Positions 1 to 9,941 of a DNA stretch of 64,000 nucleotides are shown here, piece after piece. The notes beneath the pieces were generated by a model. The model was not told the origin of the DNA. It saw only the letters and a list, made by a program, of their open reading frames with translations, and did no database searches. The translations under genes were made by a program, and so were the position numbers. Position 1 is the stretch's first letter. Each line of letters starts with the position of its first letter. The stretch is from an uncultured virus (IMG/VR IMGVR_UViG_3300050343_000275) (taxonomy: Duplodnaviria > Heunggongvirae > Uroviricota > Caudoviricetes): IMG/VR virus record IMGVR_UViG_3300050343_000275; one strand, written 5' to 3'.

Positions 1-570
1 GGCCGAGGCGTGTCGCGGCAGCGCGGGGGTGGTGGAACGCGGATCGCGCATTCGCGGGGGTGCGGGGTGTCTATTGGGTTCGCGGCGGAGCGGGTGAAGC
101 ATAAGTTTCTCTGATGTGTTACTAAAGAAACGCGGCGCCAACGCGGATCGCGTCGCTTCCTGATGGACTTAGCGACACGAGTGAGAGCGAAATCGCGGTA
201 GCGAATTACGCGAACACAGTCGCGGTAACCGCGTCGCTCATCGCGTCGCTTACGTTCGTAGCTCTTGGCTTTCCGCTGTAACCCAGCGACACTGCGGTCA
301 CTCGCGTAGCGAGAGCGCGGTCGCGGTGCTGCCCCTCTTCTTTTTTTGTTTGAGCGGTATTCCGGCTGTGAGGGGGTGTTTGATGTATTTCACGCGGCGC
401 AGCATTTTTCAGATTTGTCCCGCGAGGCCGATCTTAGGGAGCAAAGTTTCATATGCAGGCAATTTGCTAATTTTTGGTCCTTTTTTTAGTTCCCTATTTT
501 CGACCTCCTGAAAAATTTTCCAAAAAATTATTTTGCCTCTGTTGCTATAGGCCGCTGCTGATTAAAAAGC
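1..570. repeat. Non-coding CGCG-rich repeat region followed by A/T tracts (candidate terminus, packaging site or origin)
   Basis: 19 CGCG counted in 14-424; AACGCGGATCGCG at 36-48 and 140-152; ATCGCGTCGCTT at 147-158 and 240-251; T/A runs at about 460-535. Confidence 0.6.
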
Positions 571-587
571 CCTAAGTATTTCGTAGA

Positions 588-593
588 TAGAAT
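588..593 (+). promoter_or_regulatory. TAGAAT -10-like element
   Basis: Ends 30 nt before ATG 623; TAGATAGAAT also at 6732-6741. Confidence 0.55.
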
Positions 594-622
594 TGTCTTA
601 CGGGATGAAAGATTAGGCTTGC

Positions 623-2587
623 ATGGCTGGCGCAATTAGTGGAATAGGTGGCTTCCGTGACATCGGAGACCCTCGTGACCCACGTAGAGGCGAATCGAGA
701 CCTTTAGATCGTGCGTTCGACGATGCTCAAATTGCTGCGATTTTGCGCACTCCGAGGAAAGAGAGAAGCGAAAGGATGAGCAGCGAATTGAACGACGTAA
801 TAAACGAGTTGCAATCACGCCTTATTCAGCGTGATCCTGACATCGAAGCACCTGCTTCCTTGTATCCGGCACGCATGAATATTGAAGACGGAAGCTTGGC
901 AGAAAATATTCAAAATCTTGCCAAATTTGGATTACCTCGGGAACGAGACGTTCGGCCTGAAAGTAAAAAAGTTTTAAAGCAAGAAGGCGTAGATCCTGAG
1001 TCAGAGTTTCGTCTTGGGCAAAGAATTGATGAGACTTATACGCCGGAAGTAGCTGCGTATGGTGGAGTCCAAGTGCCGGTGCGCGGGGCTGACGGCCAGG
1101 TCCGTGTCGGCAAAACTATCTATTCCAATCCAGAAAGCTATAACGAAGCGCCATCAACGGCTGATCTGGTTAAAGAAGTCTTGCGGGACTATAAGACCCC
1201 GTTGACAAATATCTCTGAACTTCAGCGCCTGCAGGAAGAAGGAAGGTTTGTCTTTAGCCAAGGGAAAGGTACTGAAATTGGCTACATCATTGATGGCGTG
1301 GATGCTGACGGCAGCCAAATTACACGCTCTGTCTACGAACCAAAAGGGGACAACCTTGATGGCATTTTCCGTGTCGGTAATCCTGCAAACAGAGACTATG
1401 ACGGAATTCGCGCTGAGCTAAAGAGGCTTGACCCAGCCTTCAGAGGCAGTGTGAGCGAAAACGTAAGAGCAAGAAAAGGACCTCTTATTGAAGCTGACTC
1501 GCAATCACAATATCCAGCGTCTCTCTACCCAGCTCGGACCAGTGTCAACACTCAGAACTCAAGGCGATTTACTGAGACCGGCCCAGTTCCTTTCTTAGAC
1601 AAACAGGAGTTATACGAAAAAATTGGAGGTCTTCGAAGGAATTACGAAGGACGCCCTGGAATGTTTGGTGGGATGGACCCTGTTTCGAAGCAGGCTGGAA
1701 TGCCATTCAACGAACTGCTGCAGGAGCTGACGTATGGCTCCTTCATGGACAAGCCAACAGTAGTTAATGCATTCCGTTCCTTGGAGGCAAATGATCCTGA
1801 CATCGAAAGGCGGATCATGTCGCTAAAAATGGCTGCAGAACGCACCACGATCCCAGAAAAAAGTGCGGCATTAGCTCGAGCGGCTAGCAACCTCGAGGCC
1901 GGAATCGCTCAAGTCCGGGCTGAGCGTATGGGCCGCGAGGTTGATATTCAAGCATTCGCGCCGGATTACGACTCTGCGCCTGGAATTACCGACGTTGCCG
2001 CAGAAATCGCGGAGCTTGGCCGTGGAGAAACAGATGATTTTGACTACTTCAGCTCTGGTGAAGACAAGGTCGAAACTGGAAAAGGTAATTCAGGCTTCAG
2101 ATTTATAAAAAGTGAGCAAATACCCGCGCCTCGAGACGCTGTCGCGCAATCTGGCCCGGTTCGAACGGACGATCGACTCGATGAACGGACGCAGATGGCT
2201 CAAATCAGCGGATATCAGCCCAAATTCTCTGCAGCAGAGGCTCAAGCTGTGCGTGCTGCGTACCAAAATCCTGATCTGGCTGGGATCTTAAGGGCAACGA
2301 GTCAGCCTGAAATTGATATCACCAATGATCGGATTCAGCAGGCGTTCGATGAGCGTCTTGCCCTGATTGGGCAGAAACAAAGAGAACAAGTTGCGCCTGA
2401 TACGGGAACAGCAGTAAATGCACCTGCAAGCACTGGCACCGTTGCAGAGCAGCAAGCCATTATTGATTCAGTACCTACAGCAGCTCGCCAGAATATTGAA
2501 CGTGGCTTGGCCGAAGGTGCTTCACCTGCAAGCCGCCAAGGAGCACTTGAGTTCCTCACACGATTCCGCAGTAAAATGTTCCGCTAA
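623..2587 (+). CDS. Large hypothetical protein, possibly internal virion protein
   Basis: 654 aa; PASLYPAR and DPDIE each occur twice. Confidence 0.75.
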   Translation: MAGAISGIGGFRDIGDPRDPRRGESRPLDRAFDDAQIAAILRTPRKERSERMSSELNDVINELQSRLIQRDPDIEAPASLYPARMNIEDGSLAENIQNLAKFGLPRERDVRPESKKVLKQEGVDPESEFRLGQRIDETYTPEVAAYGGVQVPVRGADGQVRVGKTIYSNPESYNEAPSTADLVKEVLRDYKTPLTNISELQRLQEEGRFVFSQGKGTEIGYIIDGVDADGSQITRSVYEPKGDNLDGIFRVGNPANRDYDGIRAELKRLDPAFRGSVSENVRARKGPLIEADSQSQYPASLYPARTSVNTQNSRRFTETGPVPFLDKQELYEKIGGLRRNYEGRPGMFGGMDPVSKQAGMPFNELLQELTYGSFMDKPTVVNAFRSLEANDPDIERRIMSLKMAAERTTIPEKSAALARAASNLEAGIAQVRAERMGREVDIQAFAPDYDSAPGITDVAAEIAELGRGETDDFDYFSSGEDKVETGKGNSGFRFIKSEQIPAPRDAVAQSGPVRTDDRLDERTQMAQISGYQPKFSAAEAQAVRAAYQNPDLAGILRATSQPEIDITNDRIQQAFDERLALIGQKQREQVAPDTGTAVNAPASTGTVAEQQAIIDSVPTAARQNIERGLAEGASPASRQGALEFLTRFRSKMFR

Positions 2588-2736
2588 TGAACAACGACAA
2601 GTCAAAGGCCAAAGATAAGGCCAGCAAGTTCCAAAAGGGTGACAAAAAGTCCAAGAGTGAAAAAGGCAAGATGCCTGAAGAACTACTTGAGCATTTCAAG
2701 AGTAAAGCTAAAGGTAAGAAAAAGGAAAATAGCTAA
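2587..2736 (+). CDS. Small Lys-rich protein (49 aa, not in ORF track)
   Basis: TAATG overlap with upstream stop; MNNDKSKAKDK...GKMPEELLEHFKSK... Confidence 0.65.
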   Translation: MNNDKSKAKDKASKFQKGDKKSKSEKGKMPEELLEHFKSKAKGKKKENS

Positions 2737-2762
2737 GATTGATAGATATATGGGTTACCTGA

Positions 2763-3137
2763 GTGGCAGCCAGTAGCGTCTATTTAGGAGAGTTTGCTCC
2801 TGGCTATAAGATTACGAAGCGAGGGCCAGATGCTCTCGCTAAAACGTTTGATGCTGCAATTGCTGATAAGCAGGCTAAGGGCGAAAACTATACATCGTTT
2901 GGCTACGGAGATAGTTCCCCTCAGAAGACAGCAAGCCCAAAGTTCGATACGCGGTTTGCTGGTGATGTGTTGATTGGTGGAATTAATGGCGAGTTTGGAA
3001 GAGTAACGAACGACAAGAAAAATCCAAACCAAGAGAATCTAAAAATGTGGACCGAGCAATTTGCTGGGGGACCGTTTAGTCCGTTCGGCCCACCACCAAT
3101 GGGCGCTCCCGCTCCAGGTAGTGAGGAAACAGCATGA
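2763..3137 (+). CDS. Hypothetical protein (contains RFAGD)
   Basis: 124 aa, GTG start, ATGA-coupled to next gene. Confidence 0.7.
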   Translation: MAASSVYLGEFAPGYKITKRGPDALAKTFDAAIADKQAKGENYTSFGYGDSSPQKTASPKFDTRFAGDVLIGGINGEFGRVTNDKKNPNQENLKMWTEQFAGGPFSPFGPPPMGAPAPGSEETA

Positions 3138-3649
3138 GTAGAGGACAACTATTCCGTAAGGCAGGTGATGCACTTCTTGCACTCCTAGTTCCTAAGAATG
3201 CGGCTGGCAAAGTTGATACCACTCAGATGGCGCTGAGATATGCACCAGATGTTTTGTACTCAGGTCTCACGTCAGCGATGCTCCCCCCAGGTGCGACAGC
3301 AGGCGAACGGTTCGGTGCTGGCGCTGAAGACCTTGGTATCAGTTTGCTGGGTTCAGTCTTAGGCCAAACCGCTGGTGCTGGTGCCGCACGAGCTATGGGC
3401 AAGAAACTCGGCTCTGACGCAGGCAACCTTGCAGTCACGCTCGGAGACATGGGAGTTCAGGCCCCATTGCAGATGCTTGCACCGCGTCCTGTTCTCGAAA
3501 ACGCCTACGAAAGAATTAATCGAGAGAACCAAGCCACGCAAGCTGAGGTCGCTCAGGCTCAGCAGGAAGTGCAAGAACAACAGGTTGATCAAGAGCTCCT
3601 GAACTTGATGCTTAACGCTGGCTACTTCGGCGGGAGGGCTATCACCTGA
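3134..3649 (+). CDS. Gly/Ala-rich putative ejection protein (N-terminal RKAGD)
   Basis: Hydrophobic Gly/Ala helices and Gln-rich coiled coil. Confidence 0.65.
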   Translation: MSRGQLFRKAGDALLALLVPKNAAGKVDTTQMALRYAPDVLYSGLTSAMLPPGATAGERFGAGAEDLGISLLGSVLGQTAGAGAARAMGKKLGSDAGNLAVTLGDMGVQAPLQMLAPRPVLENAYERINRENQATQAEVAQAQQEVQEQQVDQELLNLMLNAGYFGGRAIT

Positions 3650-5001
3650 TGGCGCAATTCACTGGTGAACCGAATTGGGATGATCTTGGTGAGATCTTCC
3701 AGCAAGCGTTCAGGGCTTCACCTAAAAGCTACGAACAAGCACTGAGGCGACAGAAGGGCGGTGCATACGAACTGTCTCCCGTTGCAGAGATGGCCTCGTC
3801 ATCTCCGGTCACCAGTTACCTAAAGCAGGCGCTCCCGAACCGAGTCGGCGACACGGAAATTGGTCGTGCAGCGGCTGATTTCCTGCCAGAACGAGTTCAA
3901 GAAGCTGCTCGCAATATCCGGCTGGGAGGGATGACCCCTGAGGCAAAGGCTGAGTATTCCCAAGCTCGCTCTATGCCAGAGAACGTTGAGCTCAGGAGAG
4001 ACACCGTCGAGATCGGCAAAGTCCCAACCACGATGGGACCCGAGGAGGCAACCCTTGGAGCTGGGCAGTACAGGGCCAAAGCAGCTCAGGCCGCAGGTGT
4101 TGTCGCTGCCGATTTGGCCAGCGATGGCATGCGCAATATCTGGTGGTTCTTGAATGCACCTCAAGCCATCGCGCAAGTGGCAATGTTTCAAGGCATGCGC
4201 CAAGCGAGTGAAAAGGCAACTGGCCCGAGCAACCCTCAAGATCCAAGCAAGGGTGGCTTTGATCAAAGAGATTATGTAGACGCCAACGAGCCGCTACTGA
4301 AACGCAGAAGTGTTCGGATGGCTGCTGCCGCTCCTGCATGGATTGCCGCCTCGATGGGCATCGGCAACTTCTTGCGTCAGCCTGGATACAAAGCAGTGCT
4401 CCCCAGCGAGAACGATCCAACTCAAACAACTGATCCAATCGCTGAGCTTGGCAGCCGCTACTTCCTAGGACGTAATGGCTCCTTACTTCCTTACGACGAG
4501 TTCAGGAAAGAGAGGCCTGATGTAAGCAAGGCTGAATACAATCAATATAAGAATTACTTATTTAGTGGCAAGTCTCCAATTAAGGCGACCGCTGATGGAA
4601 TCCAAGGCCCTGAAGTTACTTTCATGGGCAAAAGTATCCCGCTAGCCACTGGAATTCTTCCGATGGCTGCTGCGGTCATTGGTGCCCGTCGCGGTATTCG
4701 CAAAGGGGTTCAACGAGTAGCTTCTGATCCTAAAGGCGGATATAAAGAAGAGAAAAGGCTGAAGGAGGAAGTCAAGAAACTGCAGCAGTCGAAAGAACCC
4801 GTGGATGAAAAAACAATTGAGGAGGCTTTTTATGAATACCGCAAAAAGTCGGAAGAAAACGAAAGCCAAGTACTTAAGTCTGTGCTGATGAATAGCAGCG
4901 CTGCAACTGCTGGTACTGCATTATCTGGATACGTTTTAGAATCAATGAGACGCGCACTCAAGGGTCGTGCCTCTCAGTATTCAGAGGATGAAGAAAACTA
5001 A
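3649..5001 (+). CDS. Putative internal virion or ejection protein
   Basis: 450 aa, Ala-rich hydrophobic segments, coupled on both sides. Confidence 0.65.
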   Translation: MAQFTGEPNWDDLGEIFQQAFRASPKSYEQALRRQKGGAYELSPVAEMASSSPVTSYLKQALPNRVGDTEIGRAAADFLPERVQEAARNIRLGGMTPEAKAEYSQARSMPENVELRRDTVEIGKVPTTMGPEEATLGAGQYRAKAAQAAGVVAADLASDGMRNIWWFLNAPQAIAQVAMFQGMRQASEKATGPSNPQDPSKGGFDQRDYVDANEPLLKRRSVRMAAAAPAWIAASMGIGNFLRQPGYKAVLPSENDPTQTTDPIAELGSRYFLGRNGSLLPYDEFRKERPDVSKAEYNQYKNYLFSGKSPIKATADGIQGPEVTFMGKSIPLATGILPMAAAVIGARRGIRKGVQRVASDPKGGYKEEKRLKEEVKKLQQSKEPVDEKTIEEAFYEYRKKSEENESQVLKSVLMNSSAATAGTALSGYVLESMRRALKGRASQYSEDEEN

Positions 5002-5438
5002 TGACCTTTAATCCTTTGGATGGATATCACGGGAGCTTTTCGCGTGGAGAGGCGGGTGGGGCGCTAGGTGCTGTTCCCGGCGCAAACTTTCGTGGTCAGG
5101 CCTCCTTTGCGGAGGCAGCAGAAAGAGCTCAAAACCACGTGCGCAATGCAGAGAAAAGAGCTGAACTTGCAGCACTAACTGGCCAGCCACAGCAGCAATC
5201 TTCCCCAAGACCTAATCCATGGACAGGTGCCTTAAGCAATGTCTTAGGTGGTGTTATCCAAGGCTTCGGGCAGATGGGATCAACTCCTGTTACCAATGAA
5301 TATTCGGATCTAGGAGGATTCGGCCCGGTAAGCAATGCTGGTGCTTACGGTAGTTTTTTAGACGCGACTGCAGGGACTAGCGGGATGGGTCCGCTAGCCA
5401 GCGGTGATGTATACGGTTCGTTCCTGAACCGTAAATAA
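5001..5438 (+). CDS. Gly-rich hypothetical protein
   Basis: Duplicated C-terminal motif GPxxxxxxYGSFL. Confidence 0.65.
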   Translation: MTFNPLDGYHGSFSRGEAGGALGAVPGANFRGQASFAEAAERAQNHVRNAEKRAELAALTGQPQQQSSPRPNPWTGALSNVLGGVIQGFGQMGSTPVTNEYSDLGGFGPVSNAGAYGSFLDATAGTSGMGPLASGDVYGSFLNRK

Positions 5439-5457
5439 ATTAATCAATAGGATTCTC

Positions 5458-5889
5458 ATGCCATACCAAGGATTAGACGTAGGTCGCTATTTCTCAGATC
5501 AGAGAGATAGGGACTACGCAGCAGCAGGTTCTCAGGCTCAGATGGGTTCATTGTTCGGCGGCGGGCGAAGACAGGCTGCATCTGCTGGTTTCGGATCTGC
5601 TCTGTCAGGTCTTCAATCAGGTCTGCAAAGTATTGGTGGAAGTAGCACCATGGGGATTCAAGGACTGACAAGCAATATTGCCGATCAGTACAACGCTGAG
5701 TCTGCAATGGGGCAGAGCGCTTTGGCAGGCATTGCGGAGAGTATCGGCCTGGATAAGCAGCTTGAATTCGCCAGGAAAAATGCCAATCGGTCATCAGCTA
5801 GAGGACCAAGCACCGGGGATCAGGTAAAAGGAGCGCTTATTTCGGTCGCTGGTGCTGCTGCCGGTGCTGGAGTCACAGCGCTTATTTGA
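5458..5889 (+). CDS. Gly/Ala/Ser-rich putative ejection protein
   Basis: C-terminal hydrophobic GALISVAGAAAGAGVTALI. Confidence 0.65.
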   Translation: MPYQGLDVGRYFSDQRDRDYAAAGSQAQMGSLFGGGRRQAASAGFGSALSGLQSGLQSIGGSSTMGIQGLTSNIADQYNAESAMGQSALAGIAESIGLDKQLEFARKNANRSSARGPSTGDQVKGALISVAGAAAGAGVTALI

Positions 5890-5920
5890 AACGATAAATT
5901 CAGGTAACTGATAGATCTAG

Positions 5921-6727
5921 GTGTACGACAAGGTCGACGAAACTCTCGCACGAATTGATCGTGGGTTCGAACAGTATCCCAAGAGTGTTGTGCTCTGGTC
6001 TGGCGGTAAAGACAGCATGGTCCTGCTCCACCTTCTGAGAAGGTTGGCGATTGATTTACCGGTCATATTCTTTAGGGAGCCGTGGCAGCCGCATAAATAT
6101 GCGTTCCAGGATCACATGATTCGCGAGTGGGATTTACTGGCTTATACGTGGCATCCGACACAGTCAGCGATGCAGCAGAAGGATGATGAATTCGAAGTAC
6201 AGAACTGGTATCAATTAAATGATTCGATTCTCACATGCCCTTCTGGGATAACTCCGCCTGTGGAGAATCTGCCGTGGGCCTGCGCGATTGACATGCTCAA
6301 ACGTCCAAAGCAGTCGGGCTTGTTGATTGAAGATGTAGATGCCGCATGGGTTGGTCATAAGCGTTGTGATTCAGACCCAATTCTTGGCGGAGACGCAGGC
6401 ACAAGAGTCGAGGCGCGTGTGATGCCTGATCGAATGAGCCTGCTATATCCAATGAGAGATTGGAGTCACGATGAGGTTTGGCAATACATCGAAGATCATC
6501 GAGTCCCATTCGATGAAGCTAGATACGTCAAGATTGAGGGTAAGTGGCAAGAGCGTAAGCACATGCGATACAACGCTGATTACGTACATGCCTGCACAGC
6601 TTGCCTTGACAGGAGGGAGACAGCTAGCAAGGTTGTTTACTGCCCAAAGCTTGATATGGAGATTGAAAGCAATGCTGAGAAGGTGCCCTGGGTAGAACCT
6701 GAATTACTCGAATATATGCGTGATTAA
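5921..6727 (+). CDS. PAPS reductase (CysH/DndC-like) family protein
   Basis: PP-loop WSGGKDS, GHKRCDS, LYPMRDWSHDEVWQYI, Cys cluster CTAC...YCP. Confidence 0.85.
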   Translation: MYDKVDETLARIDRGFEQYPKSVVLWSGGKDSMVLLHLLRRLAIDLPVIFFREPWQPHKYAFQDHMIREWDLLAYTWHPTQSAMQQKDDEFEVQNWYQLNDSILTCPSGITPPVENLPWACAIDMLKRPKQSGLLIEDVDAAWVGHKRCDSDPILGGDAGTRVEARVMPDRMSLLYPMRDWSHDEVWQYIEDHRVPFDEARYVKIEGKWQERKHMRYNADYVHACTACLDRRETASKVVYCPKLDMEIESNAEKVPWVEPELLEYMRD

Positions 6728-6735
6728 AAGATAGA

Positions 6736-6741
6736 TAGAAT
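6736..6741 (+). promoter_or_regulatory. TAGAAT -10-like element
   Basis: 27 nt before GTG 6768. Confidence 0.55.
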
Positions 6742-6767
6742 GAGCTCAAAGAGTTGTCAGTATTCGT

Positions 6768-7571
6768 GTGACTAGTCAGCAGCCGAGCATGAATGCGCGA
6801 TATATGAATACACCTCAGAGTCCTGCTGTCGAGACTGCTGGCACTCTCGGTGTGATGGAGATAATTAAAAGGCTGAGAGACAAGGTTCCAAGCGGTGGCC
6901 CAAAGATCACTGGAGATGTAGCCGGTGTAGCTAAAAATGCACCAAGGCTTGCAGGGTCCCCTGGCTTTTTTAATTCGGCCTCGAAGACGCTGATGAGGCC
7001 AAGAGTCGGTCTCCCACTTGCTGGCTTGGCACTGCTCGGTTCCGCGTTGAACGCATCCGAAGAATTTGATAGTGAAGACGTCGGCCTGGATGCGAGTCAA
7101 GCTTCCGGCAGATTCCTTGCAGATCTCGGCTCGACAGGTGGACTAGCCGCTCTGGGAGCTGTGCTCACTGCGCCTATTGGACTTGCGCCTGTTGGAGCCG
7201 TGGCTTTACCTGCGGCTGCGAGCCTTTTCGGCGTTCAGGATAAATTAGGCAAAGCAGGCGCAAATATTGGCGGTGGAATTTATTCAGCGCTGACTGGAAT
7301 TATGGGCGAGTCGCAGGAGGAAAAAGACAATCGCATTAAGTTTAACAATGCAATGAATGACGCGAAAATTTTAAAGGCAAAAACAGAAATGCTTGCTCCC
7401 GTGCAGCAGAAGCTTTTAGAACTGGAAGCCCAGCGAAATCTGAAATACTTGGAAGGAGTAGGTCAGATCCAAAGTCGGTATAACACTCGCAACAGCCTTG
7501 ATAACCAGGCACTGATGAATAGCCAGAACGTGGCAAATATGGCCAATATCGCCAACATGATGGTTGTTTAA
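6768..7571 (+). CDS. Putative ejection or pilot protein (contains RLAGS)
   Basis: Several Gly/Ala/Leu hydrophobic helices then Asn/Gln coiled coil. Confidence 0.65.
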   Translation: MTSQQPSMNARYMNTPQSPAVETAGTLGVMEIIKRLRDKVPSGGPKITGDVAGVAKNAPRLAGSPGFFNSASKTLMRPRVGLPLAGLALLGSALNASEEFDSEDVGLDASQASGRFLADLGSTGGLAALGAVLTAPIGLAPVGAVALPAAASLFGVQDKLGKAGANIGGGIYSALTGIMGESQEEKDNRIKFNNAMNDAKILKAKTEMLAPVQQKLLELEAQRNLKYLEGVGQIQSRYNTRNSLDNQALMNSQNVANMANIANMMVV

Positions 7572-7573
7572 TA

Positions 7574-8218
7574 ATGGCTTATTCTCTTCCTAGCTTTAGC
7601 GCCGCTGCAAATTATGCAGCTAGCTATAGGCCGATCTTTGACGGCAAAACACTTGCCGATGGTTACAAGGGCATTAAAAGTGACGAAGGCATCGCTGCAA
7701 TGCAGAATGCTGTCAACGCTGATTTTCTTGCGAGAGCGGGAATGGCGAAGAATGCGCTGAATCAATTTGGTACTCTTACACAACAAGAAATGGTCAATGA
7801 TGCAGCAATGAAGCGGCTTGAATTTGCCACTAAGGCGAAGATGGAGATAAATGATCAAAACAGATCGGACGCTAAGAAGGCGCTGCTTGCAACCGTCCTG
7901 CTTGGTGGGAATTCCTCCGCAAATACCAAGATGCGAACTGCCGATGATGCTTTAGGTGGCCTTGCTGGCATCAATAACAGATCAGATCAAGAAATTGCTA
8001 AAGACAATAATCTTATGGCATCACTCATGCCGACACTTAAAGGTGCGGTCAAAGATGCTGTAGCAGAGATTTTAGTTACTGGTACTGCAAGTAAAAGACC
8101 TAGCACTGCTGCCGTCGTTAAGGCTCCCGAGATGCCTGCAGCGGCTACACTGAGAGTACCCGAATTGTCGGCAAACCCCTTACTTAAGTATTACGCAACT
8201 CCTAAGGCAGGCAACTAA
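7574..8218 (+). CDS. Ala-rich helical hypothetical protein
   Basis: 214 aa in a tightly packed operon. Confidence 0.7.
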   Translation: MAYSLPSFSAAANYAASYRPIFDGKTLADGYKGIKSDEGIAAMQNAVNADFLARAGMAKNALNQFGTLTQQEMVNDAAMKRLEFATKAKMEINDQNRSDAKKALLATVLLGGNSSANTKMRTADDALGGLAGINNRSDQEIAKDNNLMASLMPTLKGAVKDAVAEILVTGTASKRPSTAAVVKAPEMPAAATLRVPELSANPLLKYYATPKAGN

Positions 8219-8220
8219 AA

Positions 8221-8736
8221 ATGGTAAAAAATAGCTTAGCAGCATTTGAGAAGATGATTAGTGACATGGGGTATGTCACTAAGAGCGATCGTAATCAGCA
8301 GCAGGAAGAACTTACCAGAAGTTTGGCAGAAGGTTTACAGCAACTAACTGATAGCGCTAAGTCTGAAGCATTCGGCACGATTACCGAAGCTAGTAATAAA
8401 GACGCTCTTGATTTTTTGAGAGGGCGAAACGAAGCAACTCTTGAATTTCAGGGAGGGGCGAATAGGCTGACCAATGATTATGCAAGAGGGGCGCAGGAAA
8501 TTGCTACCGAAGCTAAAGCAGCTCAGAGAAACAACCTAACGGATAACTCTTTGAGACTGATAGAGCCATCAGCGGACATACTGAGAGAGCAGATTGGTGA
8601 AAGATCTAAGAATGTTGACAAGGCCTATAACTTCAATGCCACTGAAAATGCTGCCGATCGCGAATTACGAAAACGTGGGATGACGCAGGATTTGCTTACT
8701 AAGCTTGCACTGGGTGCGGCAATCGCTTTCGGGTAA
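8221..8736 (+). CDS. Helical putative ejection protein
   Basis: Coiled-coil-like, hydrophobic C-terminus LALGAAIAFG. Confidence 0.65.
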   Translation: MVKNSLAAFEKMISDMGYVTKSDRNQQQEELTRSLAEGLQQLTDSAKSEAFGTITEASNKDALDFLRGRNEATLEFQGGANRLTNDYARGAQEIATEAKAAQRNNLTDNSLRLIEPSADILREQIGERSKNVDKAYNFNATENAADRELRKRGMTQDLLTKLALGAAIAFG

Positions 8737-8742
8737 TTAGTT

Positions 8743-9354
8743 ATGTCTTCATACGCCAACTACGCTCCAAGCACTCAGGGTGGGCTTCTCTTTGACCAGG
8801 GATTAAGCAATCTTGTAGACCTTGGCAATAAGTACGAGGACAACGAGGTCATCGGCGGCATGGTGTCCGGCTCGATGATTGACAGCTTTCGTGACCAGAT
8901 GGCCACGGGTAGCGCCTTGCAGTACAGCACTTCCATGTCCAGTCATCTGGCGAATATCCAGCAAGGATTAGAAGAAAACCGGACTGCCAATACGCTGAGA
9001 ATTATGGGGAACGAAGGAAGAATTGCTAGGGACTTGATTGGTGCTCAGGGAGAGCAGCAGCGAATGGGTCTTCGTGAAACCGGCAGCCAGCAGCGTATGA
9101 ATATTGGCGCTCAGGGTGCACAGGATCGTATGAATATTGGCGCTACCGGAACTCAGCAGAGGCTTAATATTGGAGCACAGGGCACACAAGATCGCCTATC
9201 TCTTGGGGTTAAAGGTTCCGAGGATCGGAAGAGTCTTCGCACTGCAGGCGCAGAAGAAAGGCTCAACATCGGCAAGCGTTATACCGAAGAGCGCGGTATG
9301 AGAGCTGACGCTCGTGGTGCAATCAGGTCTCTTGGCTCACGATTCTTTGGTTAA
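8743..9354 (+). CDS. Hendecad-repeat protein, possibly DNA pilot-like
   Basis: Eight 11-aa repeats of type IGAQGxQxRxN. Confidence 0.7.
   Translation: MSSYANYAPSTQGGLLFDQGLSNLVDLGNKYEDNEVIGGMVSGSMIDSFRDQMATGSALQYSTSMSSHLANIQQGLEENRTANTLRIMGNEGRIARDLIGAQGEQQRMGLRETGSQQRMNIGAQGAQDRMNIGATGTQQRLNIGAQGTQDRLSLGVKGSEDRKSLRTAGAEERLNIGKRYTEERGMRADARGAIRSLGSRFFG
9037..9300 (+). repeat. 8 x 33-nt degenerate tandem repeat (11 aa)
   Basis: IGAQGEQQRMG/LRETGSQQRMN/IGAQGAQDRMN/IGATGTQQRLN/IGAQGTQDRLS/LGVKGSEDRKS/LRTAGAEERLN/IGKRYTEERGM. Confidence 0.9.
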
Positions 9355-9863
9355 TGCCTAGGACAAGCGAAGAACAGATTCAAGATTTTCTAGTTGCCCT
9401 AGACAACAATCACCGCGAGGGTTTTCTTGCGTATGCCGAGAATACGTATTCGGTCTATGAAATTTGGCTCTACGCGGGTGTGATCGGATACGAGGGCAGT
9501 TTCCCTGCGCTTGAGAAATGGCTTAAGAAGGCTTATCCAAAGCTGAACCGTCGAGAGATCATGCTTGCCGAAATTGTCAAGCTAGAAGGAGATATCGATT
9601 TCTTGAGGCAACAAGTTCAAGCAGACTTGATCAAGGCGGACGCAGCTGCCACCCGGATTGCTCACTTGTCAAAAGAGTTGCGTGGCCATGTCATGGACGT
9701 CGACAAGCTGACAAAGAGCCTTGACCGCAGGGGTTTAGTCATGTCAGGAGCCGACAAGGTTATGCGTGACTTGCGTGTGATCTTCAAAAGCTCGGATGAA
9801 TTGCTACCGGCTCTCGAGCTGGCATTCGAATCTATCTGGGCTGATTTGAGCGAAGAGAAGTAA
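9354..9863 (+). CDS. Candidate terminase small subunit
   Basis: Directly upstream of TerL; 169 aa, helical with coiled coil; call is positional. Confidence 0.5.
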   Translation: MPRTSEEQIQDFLVALDNNHREGFLAYAENTYSVYEIWLYAGVIGYEGSFPALEKWLKKAYPKLNRREIMLAEIVKLEGDIDFLRQQVQADLIKADAAATRIAHLSKELRGHVMDVDKLTKSLDRRGLVMSGADKVMRDLRVIFKSSDELLPALELAFESIWADLSEEK

Positions 9864-9941
9864 TCAGGGCCAAAATTTTTCTGATACTTATTTCGAGCCT
9901 TCTCTAGGGGGCCAATAGTGAAAACTGGGTAGATTGTTTTT

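Noticed and set aside
326..511. 61-aa ORF in the left non-coding region, and the many short antisense or nested ORFs in the track
   Set aside because: Atypical composition, no motifs; explained as shadows of real genes or T-rich tracts
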